Source: an uncultured cyanobacterium
GTDB lineage: Bacteria; Cyanobacteriota; Cyanobacteriia; CAKZMO01
DNA length: 64,000 nt
Direction of reading: 5' to 3'
Assembly: GCA_963719515.1 (NCBI GenBank)
Contig: CAVRCJ010000014.1
Coordinates: 64,001-128,000 of the forward strand
Shown in pieces: positions 40,850 through 49,133 of the stretch. Within the stretch, counting starts at the first letter, position 1, and each line of letters starts with the position of its first letter. The position numbers were made by a program, and so were the translations under genes. The notes beneath the pieces are model-generated. The model was not told the DNA's origin and did no database searches. It worked only from the letters and a program-made list of their open reading frames with translations.

Positions 40850-41241
40850 GTGACATCCTCCCGACGCTGACAGCAAGCTGTACAGCGCGGGCTTCCTCAG
40901 TGACTCCCAGCTATTGCCGAGACATGTCCTGAGATAGGTTTATACTCCGCCTGATGCCCCACGGCAGAGTTTTGAATTTTCATCTCCGCGAGGGAGGATA
41001 CGCACTATGTGTCGCAGATACATTTGCAAACTGAGGAACGGGTGACTTGCAGCTTTCGCCTACGGGCCCGTCACACTCTTTGCGGGGTGTATCACCTTGC
41101 TATCTCTATCATACCAACTGCTAGCCTCAGCGCTGAGCGCACTATCCGCTGTGCATCATTTTGCGGGCGCACTTCGGCTAGCGCGACTCTCATCCCGACG
41201 CTCACCCTGACGGGTAGAGCGCGGGGCTTCCTGTCTAGTAG
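40850..41241 (-). mobile_element. non-autonomous IS200/IS605 derivative (PATE/MITE), 392 bp
   Basis: 41182-41247 is identical to 10596-10661; 40848-40933 is nearly identical to 9171-9255; no tnpA or tnpB. Confidence 0.9.
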
Positions 41242-41373
41242 CTAAAAATTGTTCATCGGAGCGCGATCGCCTTCCCCAATGCTGAAATAAAATCGCTACC
41301 CTGTGGATAGTGCAGCGGCCTATAGAGCGGCCTGTAACAGCTGCGCTACAGCGAAAAAGCTAGCCTCAACGAT

Positions 41374-42387
41374 ATGGTTACCCGACGACGCCTCTTGTTT
41401 ACGGCAGCGGGACTTGCAGGAAGCGTTTCCTGCAGGCGAGACCCGAAAGCAACGCCGATTGCCCCCCCGAAAGATGCTGTGTCAGCCGATTTGATTTCGG
41501 CCCGCGCGCCTGGGGGCAACGCTCCAGCGACTGCGGCAACTATGGTAGAGCGATCGCTGGGCCGTACGGGGTTGACGCTGCCGGTACTCGGGCTCGGCGG
41601 CTCGGCCTCTCCGCTCTCTAAACCTGGGCAAGAGGCAGAGGCGATCGCCATCATTGAGCGTTCTTTAGAGCTAGGCGTACGCTACTTTGACACCGCCGCC
41701 AACTATGGCCCCAGCGAAGAGCGTCTGGGCAAGGTGCTGTCCGCTCGCCGCGCCGACGTGGTGATTGCCAGCAAGACCTCGGCTCGCGATCGCGATCGCG
41801 CTTGGCGGCAGCTTGAGCAGTCTTTAACCCGCCTGCAAACCGACTACCTCGACGTCTGGCAGTTTCACGCGCTCACTCACGCCTGGGATATCGACACAAT
41901 CTTGAATGAGCAAAACGGCGCGATTCGGGCAGCTCAAGAGGCCCAAGACCAGGGCATCGTCAAGCACTTGGGCATTACTGGACATCACAACCCCGGCATC
42001 ATTGCCCAGGCGCTGTCGCGCTACCCCTTCGACCTGGCCCTAATTCCGGTCAACGCTGCCGATAAGCACACCCCAGAGCCGTTCATTGCGGGCGTCTTAC
42101 CTGCGGCGCAGCGCGATGGGGTGGGGGTGGTCGCGATGAAGGTGCCGGCTTACGGTCGCCTGTTTGAAAACGGAGTGCTGAACGGCATGGGCGAGGCTAT
42201 GGGCTACGCGCTGTCGCAGCCTGGCGTGAGCGTTTGCGCTATTGCGGCAGAAAATTTGGCTCAGCTGGAGGACAACGTCCAGGCTGCGAAAAGATTCGCG
42301 CCCCTGTCCGATGCTGATTTGGCGGCGATCGAGTCCCGAACGGCTAGCGTCTGGCAAGACAGCAGCTTCTTCCGCAAGTGGGGATAG
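41374..42387 (+). CDS. aldo/keto reductase with twin-arginine-like N-terminus
   Basis: FDTAANYG, IASKT, SLTRLQTDYLD, AMK; TRRRLL..VSC leader. Confidence 0.9.
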   Translation: MVTRRRLLFTAAGLAGSVSCRRDPKATPIAPPKDAVSADLISARAPGGNAPATAATMVERSLGRTGLTLPVLGLGGSASPLSKPGQEAEAIAIIERSLELGVRYFDTAANYGPSEERLGKVLSARRADVVIASKTSARDRDRAWRQLEQSLTRLQTDYLDVWQFHALTHAWDIDTILNEQNGAIRAAQEAQDQGIVKHLGITGHHNPGIIAQALSRYPFDLALIPVNAADKHTPEPFIAGVLPAAQRDGVGVVAMKVPAYGRLFENGVLNGMGEAMGYALSQPGVSVCAIAAENLAQLEDNVQAAKRFAPLSDADLAAIESRTASVWQDSSFFRKWG

Positions 42388-42552
42388 CTGATTTTTGACT
42401 TTGCTTTGCCCTGCGGTCACCCCAAACCAGAACGATAGAGGGATACCCTATCTGCCTCTACAGGATCTCATCTCACAGCATCTTAGCCACGAGAACGCTC
42501 GGACTTGCTTAATCAGCAAGCCATGAGCCAATTAACAGCATTAGCCAAGAAA

Positions 42553-42624
42553 CTCCCCAGGCAGGATTCGAACCTGCGACCAATCGATTAACAGTCGACC
42601 GCTCTACCACTGAGCTACTGAGGA
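42553..42624 (-). tRNA. trnN: tRNA-Asn(GTT)
   Basis: TCCTCAGTAGCTCAGTGGTAGAGCGGTCGACTGTTAATCGATTGGTCGCAGGTTCGAATCCTGCCTGGGGAG cloverleaf; no encoded CCA. Confidence 0.97.
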
Positions 42625-42677
42625 ACGCATTTACCAATATAGCCAGAACTAACGCCGTTTAGCAAGACCTTGCTCGA

Positions 42678-43223
42678 TCATTTTCCGGAAAGGCCGTACC
42701 GCATCTGAGAAAGCCGCTGCAGAGCCACCGGGTCTAAAGCGTTAGAGAGCCGCCCTGAAGGACGCTGACGAGGTCTTCGCTGACGCACCTGCCGCTGCTG
42801 CTGGGCCATGTCTACAAGCAGATGCTGAGCGGAAACCCACTCTGCCCCGTATCCAACCACCATCAGTCGCTGAGCGCGGTCTGAAGTGGCCACAATCAGC
42901 CGCTGCTTAAATCGGCGCACGTCGTAGCGAAACTTGGCGCAGATCCGCTCGATGTAGGTATCCGCTGTTTGCCCAAACGGCGTGTAGTGAATTTGCAATG
43001 TGTTAGTGCGCTGATCGACGGAGGCTGGGCCGTGCCTCTCATAGGCATCAAATACCAGCCAGATGCAATAGCTCTTCAAAACGCCGTAGCTCATCATCGC
43101 CTCGGTCAAGCGGTGACGAGCGTCCTCTAGGCGACCCTGCTCGCGCAGCTGACTTAGGTCAGGGCAAGCGCCAATGATGTTATAGCCATCCACAACAAGG
43201 ATGGCGCTAGGCTGATGTGCCAT
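42678..43223 (-). CDS. NYN-domain (YacP/Rae1-like) RNase
   Basis: LVVDGYNIIG, VFDA, TADTYIE, VATSD. Confidence 0.9.
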   Translation of the reverse strand: MAHQPSAILVVDGYNIIGACPDLSQLREQGRLEDARHRLTEAMMSYGVLKSYCIWLVFDAYERHGPASVDQRTNTLQIHYTPFGQTADTYIERICAKFRYDVRRFKQRLIVATSDRAQRLMVVGYGAEWVSAQHLLVDMAQQQRQVRQRRPRQRPSGRLSNALDPVALQRLSQMRYGLSGK

Positions 43224-43365
43224 GGGTAAGCTTCCGGTATCGGTGTCCGATGCGTGAAGCGCGAGTAAGCCTTCGGCCAGCGCTCTAGCAGCAAGAAGTT
43301 GACTTAGACACCAGTGTAAGCCGATTGTCAAAAAACGTTGCACTACAGGCTACATTTTTCTACCT

Positions 43366-44055
43366 TTAGGACTGCATTTTGCGCTTGAGCCGCTGGGGAT
43401 CACCTTGGTCTACCACCTGTCCCCGCTCCAGTAAAAAGGCCCCGTCGCAGTAGTCAAGTTCATCTAGCCTGTGGGTGACCCACAGCGCCGTCAACCCCCG
43501 AGCTTTGACAAGACCCCTGACCTGCTCGACAAGCTCGGCTTGACTGCCGGGGTCCAGTAGCGCCGTCGGCTCATCGAACAGCAGCACACGGCTGTGGCGA
43601 GCGATCGCCCCGGCGATGGCGATCCGCTGCTTCTGACCGCCGCTGAGGGCGTAGATAGGCCGCTGTTTGAGGTGCTCTAGACGTACAGCAGCGAGCGCTT
43701 CGTCTACCCGGTGATGAATTTCGGGCAGCGGCAGGTGCTCATCCACCAAGCCAAAGGCAATATCAGCGCCCACCGTCGGCATGACGAGCTGGTGGTCTGG
43801 ATTTTGAAACACGTATCCCACCGGCCGCTGAACGTGAATCTGGCCCGATTGAGGAACCGTAAGGCCGCTCAGCAGCCGCAGCAGCGTTGACTTGCCGCTG
43901 CCGTTTTTCCCTAGAAGCATCCATAGCTCGCCTTCAGGCACCTCTAAGGAGCAGTCTTTCAAGATAGGGTCTGCGCTCGCCCAGCCAAAGCCAACCTGCT
44001 GGATGGCGATCGCTTTGGGGGGAGAGCCCTTTCCCGTTGCGGAAGGGTCAGCCAT
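43366..44055 (-). CDS. ECF/CbiO-type ABC ATPase
   Basis: GKNGSGKST, FQNPDHQ, LSGGQKQR, FDEPT. Confidence 0.9.
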   Translation of the reverse strand: MADPSATGKGSPPKAIAIQQVGFGWASADPILKDCSLEVPEGELWMLLGKNGSGKSTLLRLLSGLTVPQSGQIHVQRPVGYVFQNPDHQLVMPTVGADIAFGLVDEHLPLPEIHHRVDEALAAVRLEHLKQRPIYALSGGQKQRIAIAGAIARHSRVLLFDEPTALLDPGSQAELVEQVRGLVKARGLTALWVTHRLDELDYCDGAFLLERGQVVDQGDPQRLKRKMQS

Positions 44056-44103
44056 AACTATGCTGTCCCCTCCGCTAAGAGACTATAAGCCTGTTGCAAA
44101 GCC

Positions 44104-44373
44104 CTACTCCGCAAGAGCAAAGAAACCAGGGGGACGGCCCGACGCAGCAGCCGTACCGGATTTCTGCGTTAGCTGTACCGCAACGATGTCGCTGACCAAT
44201 ACGCCAATGAATTTATCAGGCTGCTGCTCGCAGGTGAGCTCTAGGGTGGCCTGTTCGCCCGAGTGCATGGTGTCGAAGATGTGCTGGTAAAGTGACTTAG
44301 CGTCATCCTCTTCCTTGCGCTGCACCGACAGCGTTACGGGAGAGTTACGCAATACAAGATCAATTATGAACAT
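44104..44373 (-). CDS. conserved cyanobacterial hypothetical protein (UPF0367-like)
   Basis: MFIIDLVLRNSPVTLSVQRK..PPGFF; ATG 44373. Confidence 0.8.
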   Translation of the reverse strand: MFIIDLVLRNSPVTLSVQRKEEDDAKSLYQHIFDTMHSGEQATLELTCEQQPDKFIGVLVSDIVAVQLTQKSGTAAASGRPPGFFALAE

Positions 44374-44656
44374 AACCTTAAGCCTTAGAAGATGGAAGCC
44401 CACATCGTATTCTATCAATTGCCCGCGCTGCTGGCTTTTGCGGCGAATAGAGAAAGGAGCAGGCTCATCCATTTGATCCTGGAAATCTTTAAAGAAGTCT
44501 GATAAGATTATTAACAATCGTAAAGTCAGCTCATAAATTAGGCCGCCATCTGTATCGGCATTTGTGTAATGCAAGTTTGCCTAACGCGTATGGCTTCACG
44601 GCCTAGACTGACGAACTTATAAAATCAGCTGTAATACGTATCTGGAGATACTTCAT

Positions 44657-45715
44657 ATGACCGTAGCAATGGGACGGGCGCAAGCCAGTCGAGGATGGTT
44701 TGACGTCCTTGATGACTGGCTAAAGCGCGACCGATTCGTCTTTATTGGCTGGTCTGGTCTATTGCTGTTCCCCTGCGCCTACATGGCGGTGGGGGGCTGG
44801 CTGACTGGGACCACCTTCGTCACCTCGTGGTACACCCACGGACTGGCATCATCTTACTTAGAGGGCTGCAACTTTCTGACGGTTGCGGTCTCGACTCCTG
44901 CAGACAGCATGGGACACTCCATCTTGTTTTTGTGGGGACCGGAAGCGAACTGGAACCTGGTTCGCTGGTTTCAGGTTGGCGGGCTGTGGAGCTTTGTTGC
45001 GCTGCACGGCGCGTTTGGTCTGATTGGCTTTATGCTGCGGCAGTTTGAGATTGCGCGGCTGGTGGGGATTCGTCCTTACAACGCGATCGCCTTTTCTGGG
45101 CCGATTGCGGTGTTTGTGTCGGTATTCTTCATGTATCCGCTAGGTCAGTCGTCCTGGTTCTTTGCGCCGAGCTTCGGGGTAGCGGCAATCTTCCGCTTCC
45201 TGCTGTTTTTGCAGGGTTTCCACAACTGGACGCTGAACCCGTTCCACATGATGGGCGTGGCGGGCATTCTGGGCGGCGCTTTGCTGTGCGCGATTCACGG
45301 TGCGACGGTAGAGAACACGCTGTTCCAGGACGGCGAGCAGTCGAGCACGTTCCGTGCGTTCAACCCGACGCAGGCAGAAGAGACGTATTCGATGGTGACG
45401 GCGAACCGATTCTGGTCACAGATTTTCGGAATTGCGTTTTCGAACAAGCGGTGGCTGCACTTCTTCATGCTGTTTGTGCCGGTAACGGGACTGTGGATGT
45501 CGAGCATCGGGATTGTGGGTCTAGCGCTGAACCTGCGGGCGTATGACTTCACGTCACAGGAGATTCGGGCAGCCGAGGACCCTGAGTTTGAGACGTTCTA
45601 CACGAAGAACATTTTGTTGAACGAAGGTATTCGCTCCTGGATGGCAGTTCAGGACCAGCCTCACGAGCAGTTTGTATTCCCTGAGGAAGTACTGCCTCGC
45701 GGTAATGCGCTGTAG
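44657..45715 (+). CDS. psbD: photosystem II D2 protein, monocistronic copy
   Basis: 352 aa, [28 protein letters not shown]; no psbC follows. Confidence 0.99.
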   Translation: MTVAMGRAQASRGWFDVLDDWLKRDRFVFIGWSGLLLFPCAYMAVGGWLTGTTFVTSWYTHGLASSYLEGCNFLTVAVSTPADSMGHSILFLWGPEANWNLVRWFQVGGLWSFVALHGAFGLIGFMLRQFEIARLVGIRPYNAIAFSGPIAVFVSVFFMYPLGQSSWFFAPSFGVAAIFRFLLFLQGFHNWTLNPFHMMGVAGILGGALLCAIHGATVENTLFQDGEQSSTFRAFNPTQAEETYSMVTANRFWSQIFGIAFSNKRWLHFFMLFVPVTGLWMSSIGIVGLALNLRAYDFTSQEIRAAEDPEFETFYTKNILLNEGIRSWMAVQDQPHEQFVFPEEVLPRGNAL

Positions 45716-45778
45716 GCGATTGTCCTTTTCTGCAATTAATGCTCTTACAGCGGTTTGAGTCTTGATTGATCGATTTTT

Positions 45779-45808
45779 ATCCCCTGCCTTCGGGTGGGGG
45801 ATTTTTTT
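45779..45808 (+). terminator. intrinsic terminator after psbD
   Basis: ATCCCCTGCC-TTCG-GGTGGGGGAT followed by T-tract. Confidence 0.85.
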
Positions 45809-45899
45809 GGCCGCGATCGCGCTGAGGCGGTGTAAATTGTGATGGAGCAGCCTGATTGTTAGGTCGTACGGCTGCAGGGCGAGGCTATAAGGAGTAAAT

Positions 45900-46544
45900 A
45901 TGAATTCAAATTTTTGGCTGCAAAAATGGAAGCAAAACAGCATTGCCTTCCATAAAAGCGAGGTCAACCCAGCGCTGGTCAGACACTTTGGCGCGCTTTC
46001 CCGAGAAAAAGGCGATCGCATCTTCCTACCCCTATGCGGCAAAACCCTCGACATCGCCTGGCTCCTCTCTGAAGGCTACCGCGTTGCCGGGGCCGAACTG
46101 GTCGAAATGGCCGTCGAGCAGCTGTTTGACGAGCTCGGGGTAAAGCCGACAATATCAGCAGCCGGAGAAACAAAGCGCTACAGCGCAAAAAACCTCGATA
46201 TTTTCGTGGGCAATGTCTTTGATCTGTCTCAGGAAATGCTCGGTCCGGTCGATGCAGTGTACGATAGAGCTGCCTTGGTTGCCCTTCCCAGAGAAGTGCG
46301 AAACCGATATACCGCGCACTTAATCCAAGCCACGGCCAACGCGCCGCAGCTGCTCATCACTTTTGAATACGACCAGAGCGCGATGGACGGTCCCCCATTT
46401 TCCATCAGCCCCGAAGAGGTGAGTCATCACTACGGCGATCGCTACGATGCGGCTCTTCTAGAGCGCACCGATATTCCCGACGGACTCAAAGGAAGATATC
46501 CGGCCAAAGAGGGCATCTGGCTGCTAAAGCCCTGTCAGGCCTGA
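45900..46544 (+). CDS. tpm: thiopurine S-methyltransferase
   Basis: FW..KW..IAFH, PLCGKTLD, YDRAALVALP, GPPFS. Confidence 0.93.
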   Translation: MNSNFWLQKWKQNSIAFHKSEVNPALVRHFGALSREKGDRIFLPLCGKTLDIAWLLSEGYRVAGAELVEMAVEQLFDELGVKPTISAAGETKRYSAKNLDIFVGNVFDLSQEMLGPVDAVYDRAALVALPREVRNRYTAHLIQATANAPQLLITFEYDQSAMDGPPFSISPEEVSHHYGDRYDAALLERTDIPDGLKGRYPAKEGIWLLKPCQA

Positions 46545-46625
46545 CGAAAACCGCAGCTTTGGCTCAATACCGCTAGCGATCGCCTAGGCGCTGCCGTTGA
46601 TTAAATCCTGCCTAAAATATCAGCA

Positions 46626-47507
46626 CTATCGCTCTGGCGGGAAGTAGAGCACCGGGTGCCAGCTTCGTCGGAGCAGCTCGCCTGCAAAGCTAGGGGAGGA
46701 TATCTCGATGAGCTTACCGAAGCTATCAGAAGAAATAGCGATCGCCGTAATGTCGTATTCCATAGCGGTGTGGAGCAGCTGAGGGATGCCTTGTCCTTGC
46801 CGAACCAAGGTTTCAACAGACAGTCCTAGCTCTTCTAGCTGCGGCTTGACTGCGGTGAGTGAGTCTTCTGCCTCCTGTAGCTTATAGCTTTGCATGTCGC
46901 GGAGGCCTTTGCGGTTCACGTCATCGACAGAGCGAAACAGCAGACATTCTTTGAGAAAGCCAGACTGGTCGTTGGCATAGTGCTTAACCTTACCGAGTAA
47001 GTAATTAGCGGCATTGCTGCTGTCGTAGGGAAGCAGCAAATAGCGGAACAGATGCTGACACCGCAAATCGAGTTCTTCAACCGTATAGGTCGAGATCAGC
47101 TGCGGTCTGAGAATGAGCAGCGGAATGGTCAGTTTTTTGCACAGGTCAACCGTTGTGCTGCCAAATAGACGCTCAGTCAAGCGGCTGCGGCTCGGCATGC
47201 CCAAAAAGATGACATCGGGCTGATGCGCTTTGATAGCCCGATTGATGTGGTCGGTTGGCTTGCCGGATTGAACATCAATCTCCACTGTCATGCCGTCAGG
47301 AACAGCGGCCATATCCTCCGCCAGCCGATCTCGCATGACCTGCTCTTGCTCTTCATCAGGTCGCGGAATCTCTCGGTCTTCCGGTAATGCCAGGGTATGG
47401 AGAAACGTGATGTGCTCGAGACCCGCTTTCTTGAGGCTAGGCACAAAACGTACGAACCGATGCAAACCGTCTTTGAAATCGGTGCAGATTAGAGCACGCC
47501 GAAACAT
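46626..47507 (-). CDS. tandem universal stress protein
   Basis: MFRRALICTDF, LFGSTT, RRSWHPVLYFP. Confidence 0.88.
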   Translation of the reverse strand: MFRRALICTDFKDGLHRFVRFVPSLKKAGLEHITFLHTLALPEDREIPRPDEEQEQVMRDRLAEDMAAVPDGMTVEIDVQSGKPTDHINRAIKAHQPDVIFLGMPSRSRLTERLFGSTTVDLCKKLTIPLLILRPQLISTYTVEELDLRCQHLFRYLLLPYDSSNAANYLLGKVKHYANDQSGFLKECLLFRSVDDVNRKGLRDMQSYKLQEAEDSLTAVKPQLEELGLSVETLVRQGQGIPQLLHTAMEYDITAIAISSDSFGKLIEISSPSFAGELLRRSWHPVLYFPPER

Positions 47508-47881
47508 AGGTATTTTGCCGCTAACGTCCTGGCAACTATTTTGCCTTATCTAGACCCTACTCCAAATCACTCTCTACACATAGATTGGCATTAGATCTCG
47601 TCTAAATTGAAAAACGGAGCTTCGCCAATAGGGAAACGCCGCTTCTCAGGGTGATTTTGGTTGGTACGCTGTTTTAATGTCGAGACTACAGCTTAAATAC
47701 GTTACGAATCTTGAATATAGAGCTATTGAATAAGAGTTAGAAAGTAATGACGCCGCGCGCACGACGAGATTGGCAAGATGCGATCGCCAATGTAGCGAAG
47801 TAGTAGGCCCCGGCCTCTCCAGCCCTTCTCCAGATGGAACTAGGCAAGAGTAAGGAGGTCGCCACTCCACATACCGTTGAC

Positions 47882-48079
47882 TTAGTCGAACTTCGGCCCA
47901 GAATCAATTCCCCATTCACACTTCAAGAAGTGCTTGTACATACTTTCGCGCATCATCATCTGCTCATAGAGCTTAACTAGGAACTGCTGGGCTTGCTCCC
48001 GGCTCATATGGGCGACCTGAGTCTCAAAAGAACGGAGGTTGAATTGCTGCTCTAAGTTCAGTTCACCAGGTTGAGACAT
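47882..48079 (-). CDS. nblA: phycobilisome degradation protein NblA
   Basis: LNLEQQFNLRSF..MSREQAQQFL..QMMMRE; GAGGAG RBS. Confidence 0.95.
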   Translation of the reverse strand: MSQPGELNLEQQFNLRSFETQVAHMSREQAQQFLVKLYEQMMMRESMYKHFLKCEWGIDSGPKFD

Positions 48080-48396
48080 ACTTGTACTCCTCAAATGAAG
48101 AATTGTAAGGGTGAGTATCAGCGATCAGCGAGCTATGAGCTTCGCCTTGTTACAAAGCATAACAAGAGTTTGACAAAGTGTGCATTCCCCCTATGGGCTA
48201 TATTCAGGTTGGCAGTACCCCATAACGAACTGTCAATGCCATAGTGCAAACCTATTTGACTGGCTCAGTTGTAGCAGATTAAGAATTGTAAAGTAGTTTG
48301 CCACGAACCAAGTTTCATGGTTAGTCACCATGGCGTCATGAGAATCTAGGCGCTTCAGCTCCCACCAGGCTGTAATGCAGCAAACCCCTGTTAGCC

Positions 48397-49131
48397 CTAG
48401 CCGTTTGGATCTTGGGTAGAGTAGTCGACCATGACAACAGTGATGTTGTCTCGACCTCCCTGTTGCTTCGCCGCATTTACCAGCTCAGCGGCGACTTGGT
48501 CGTCATTAGAGGCCAAATATTTGGCAATTAGGCTGTCCGAAAGCTCTTCCGTCAGTCCATCGCTACAGAGCAGAAGGCGATCGCCAATTTGCCAGTCAAA
48601 CAGCGCCACGTCGGCGTCCTGCAGGTCTTCTCGTCCCAGACACCGAGACAGAATATGACGCCACGGATGAACTCGCGCTTCCTCAGACGAGATATCTCCC
48701 AGCTTTATCGCCCGAGCGACCCAGGTGTGATCCTCTGTAATTTGCTCCAAATCGCGATTGCGGAAGCGATACAGGCGGGAGTCTCCAATGTGGGCACACC
48801 ACGCTCCATCCTCCCTAAATACTACGACTACTGCCGTTGTGCCCATATCCGAGCGCTCAGAGTGAGTTTCTTGGTCCAATAGGATGGCGTCATTGGCCTT
48901 ACGGATCGACAGCTGCAGTAAATCTTGGGAGGAGTGCTCGGATGCCCAATGCTCGTCAAGGCAATCTCGGATAACGCCTGCAGCGATGCGGCTGGCCTCT
49001 TGACCCCCGGCATGACCTCCCATCCCATCAGCGACGATACAGAATCGCTCCTGTGGGTCAATGTAGTAGGTGTCTTGATTCCCTGAACGGACCAGTCCAG
49101 GATCAGTCAGCCCCTTAAACAGGCGTTTCAT
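48397..49131 (-). CDS. pphA: PP2C Ser/Thr phosphatase
   Basis: VADGMGGHAGG, MGTT, HIGDSR, LCSDGL, GGRDN. Confidence 0.9.
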   Translation of the reverse strand: MKRLFKGLTDPGLVRSGNQDTYYIDPQERFCIVADGMGGHAGGQEASRIAAGVIRDCLDEHWASEHSSQDLLQLSIRKANDAILLDQETHSERSDMGTTAVVVVFREDGAWCAHIGDSRLYRFRNRDLEQITEDHTWVARAIKLGDISSEEARVHPWRHILSRCLGREDLQDADVALFDWQIGDRLLLCSDGLTEELSDSLIAKYLASNDDQVAAELVNAAKQQGGRDNITVVMVDYSTQDPNG

Positions 49132-49133
49132 AG

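Noticed and set aside
41035..41075. Resemblance to group II intron domain V or a c-di-GMP riboswitch
   Set aside because: Only the GNRA hairpins match; the catalytic triad/bulge geometry and riboswitch core nucleotides are not convincing.
41009..41245. 78-aa ORF inside the mini-element
   Set aside because: No TnpA (HUH/Y1), TnpB or RHH motifs; it runs through the end hairpin and is probably incidental.
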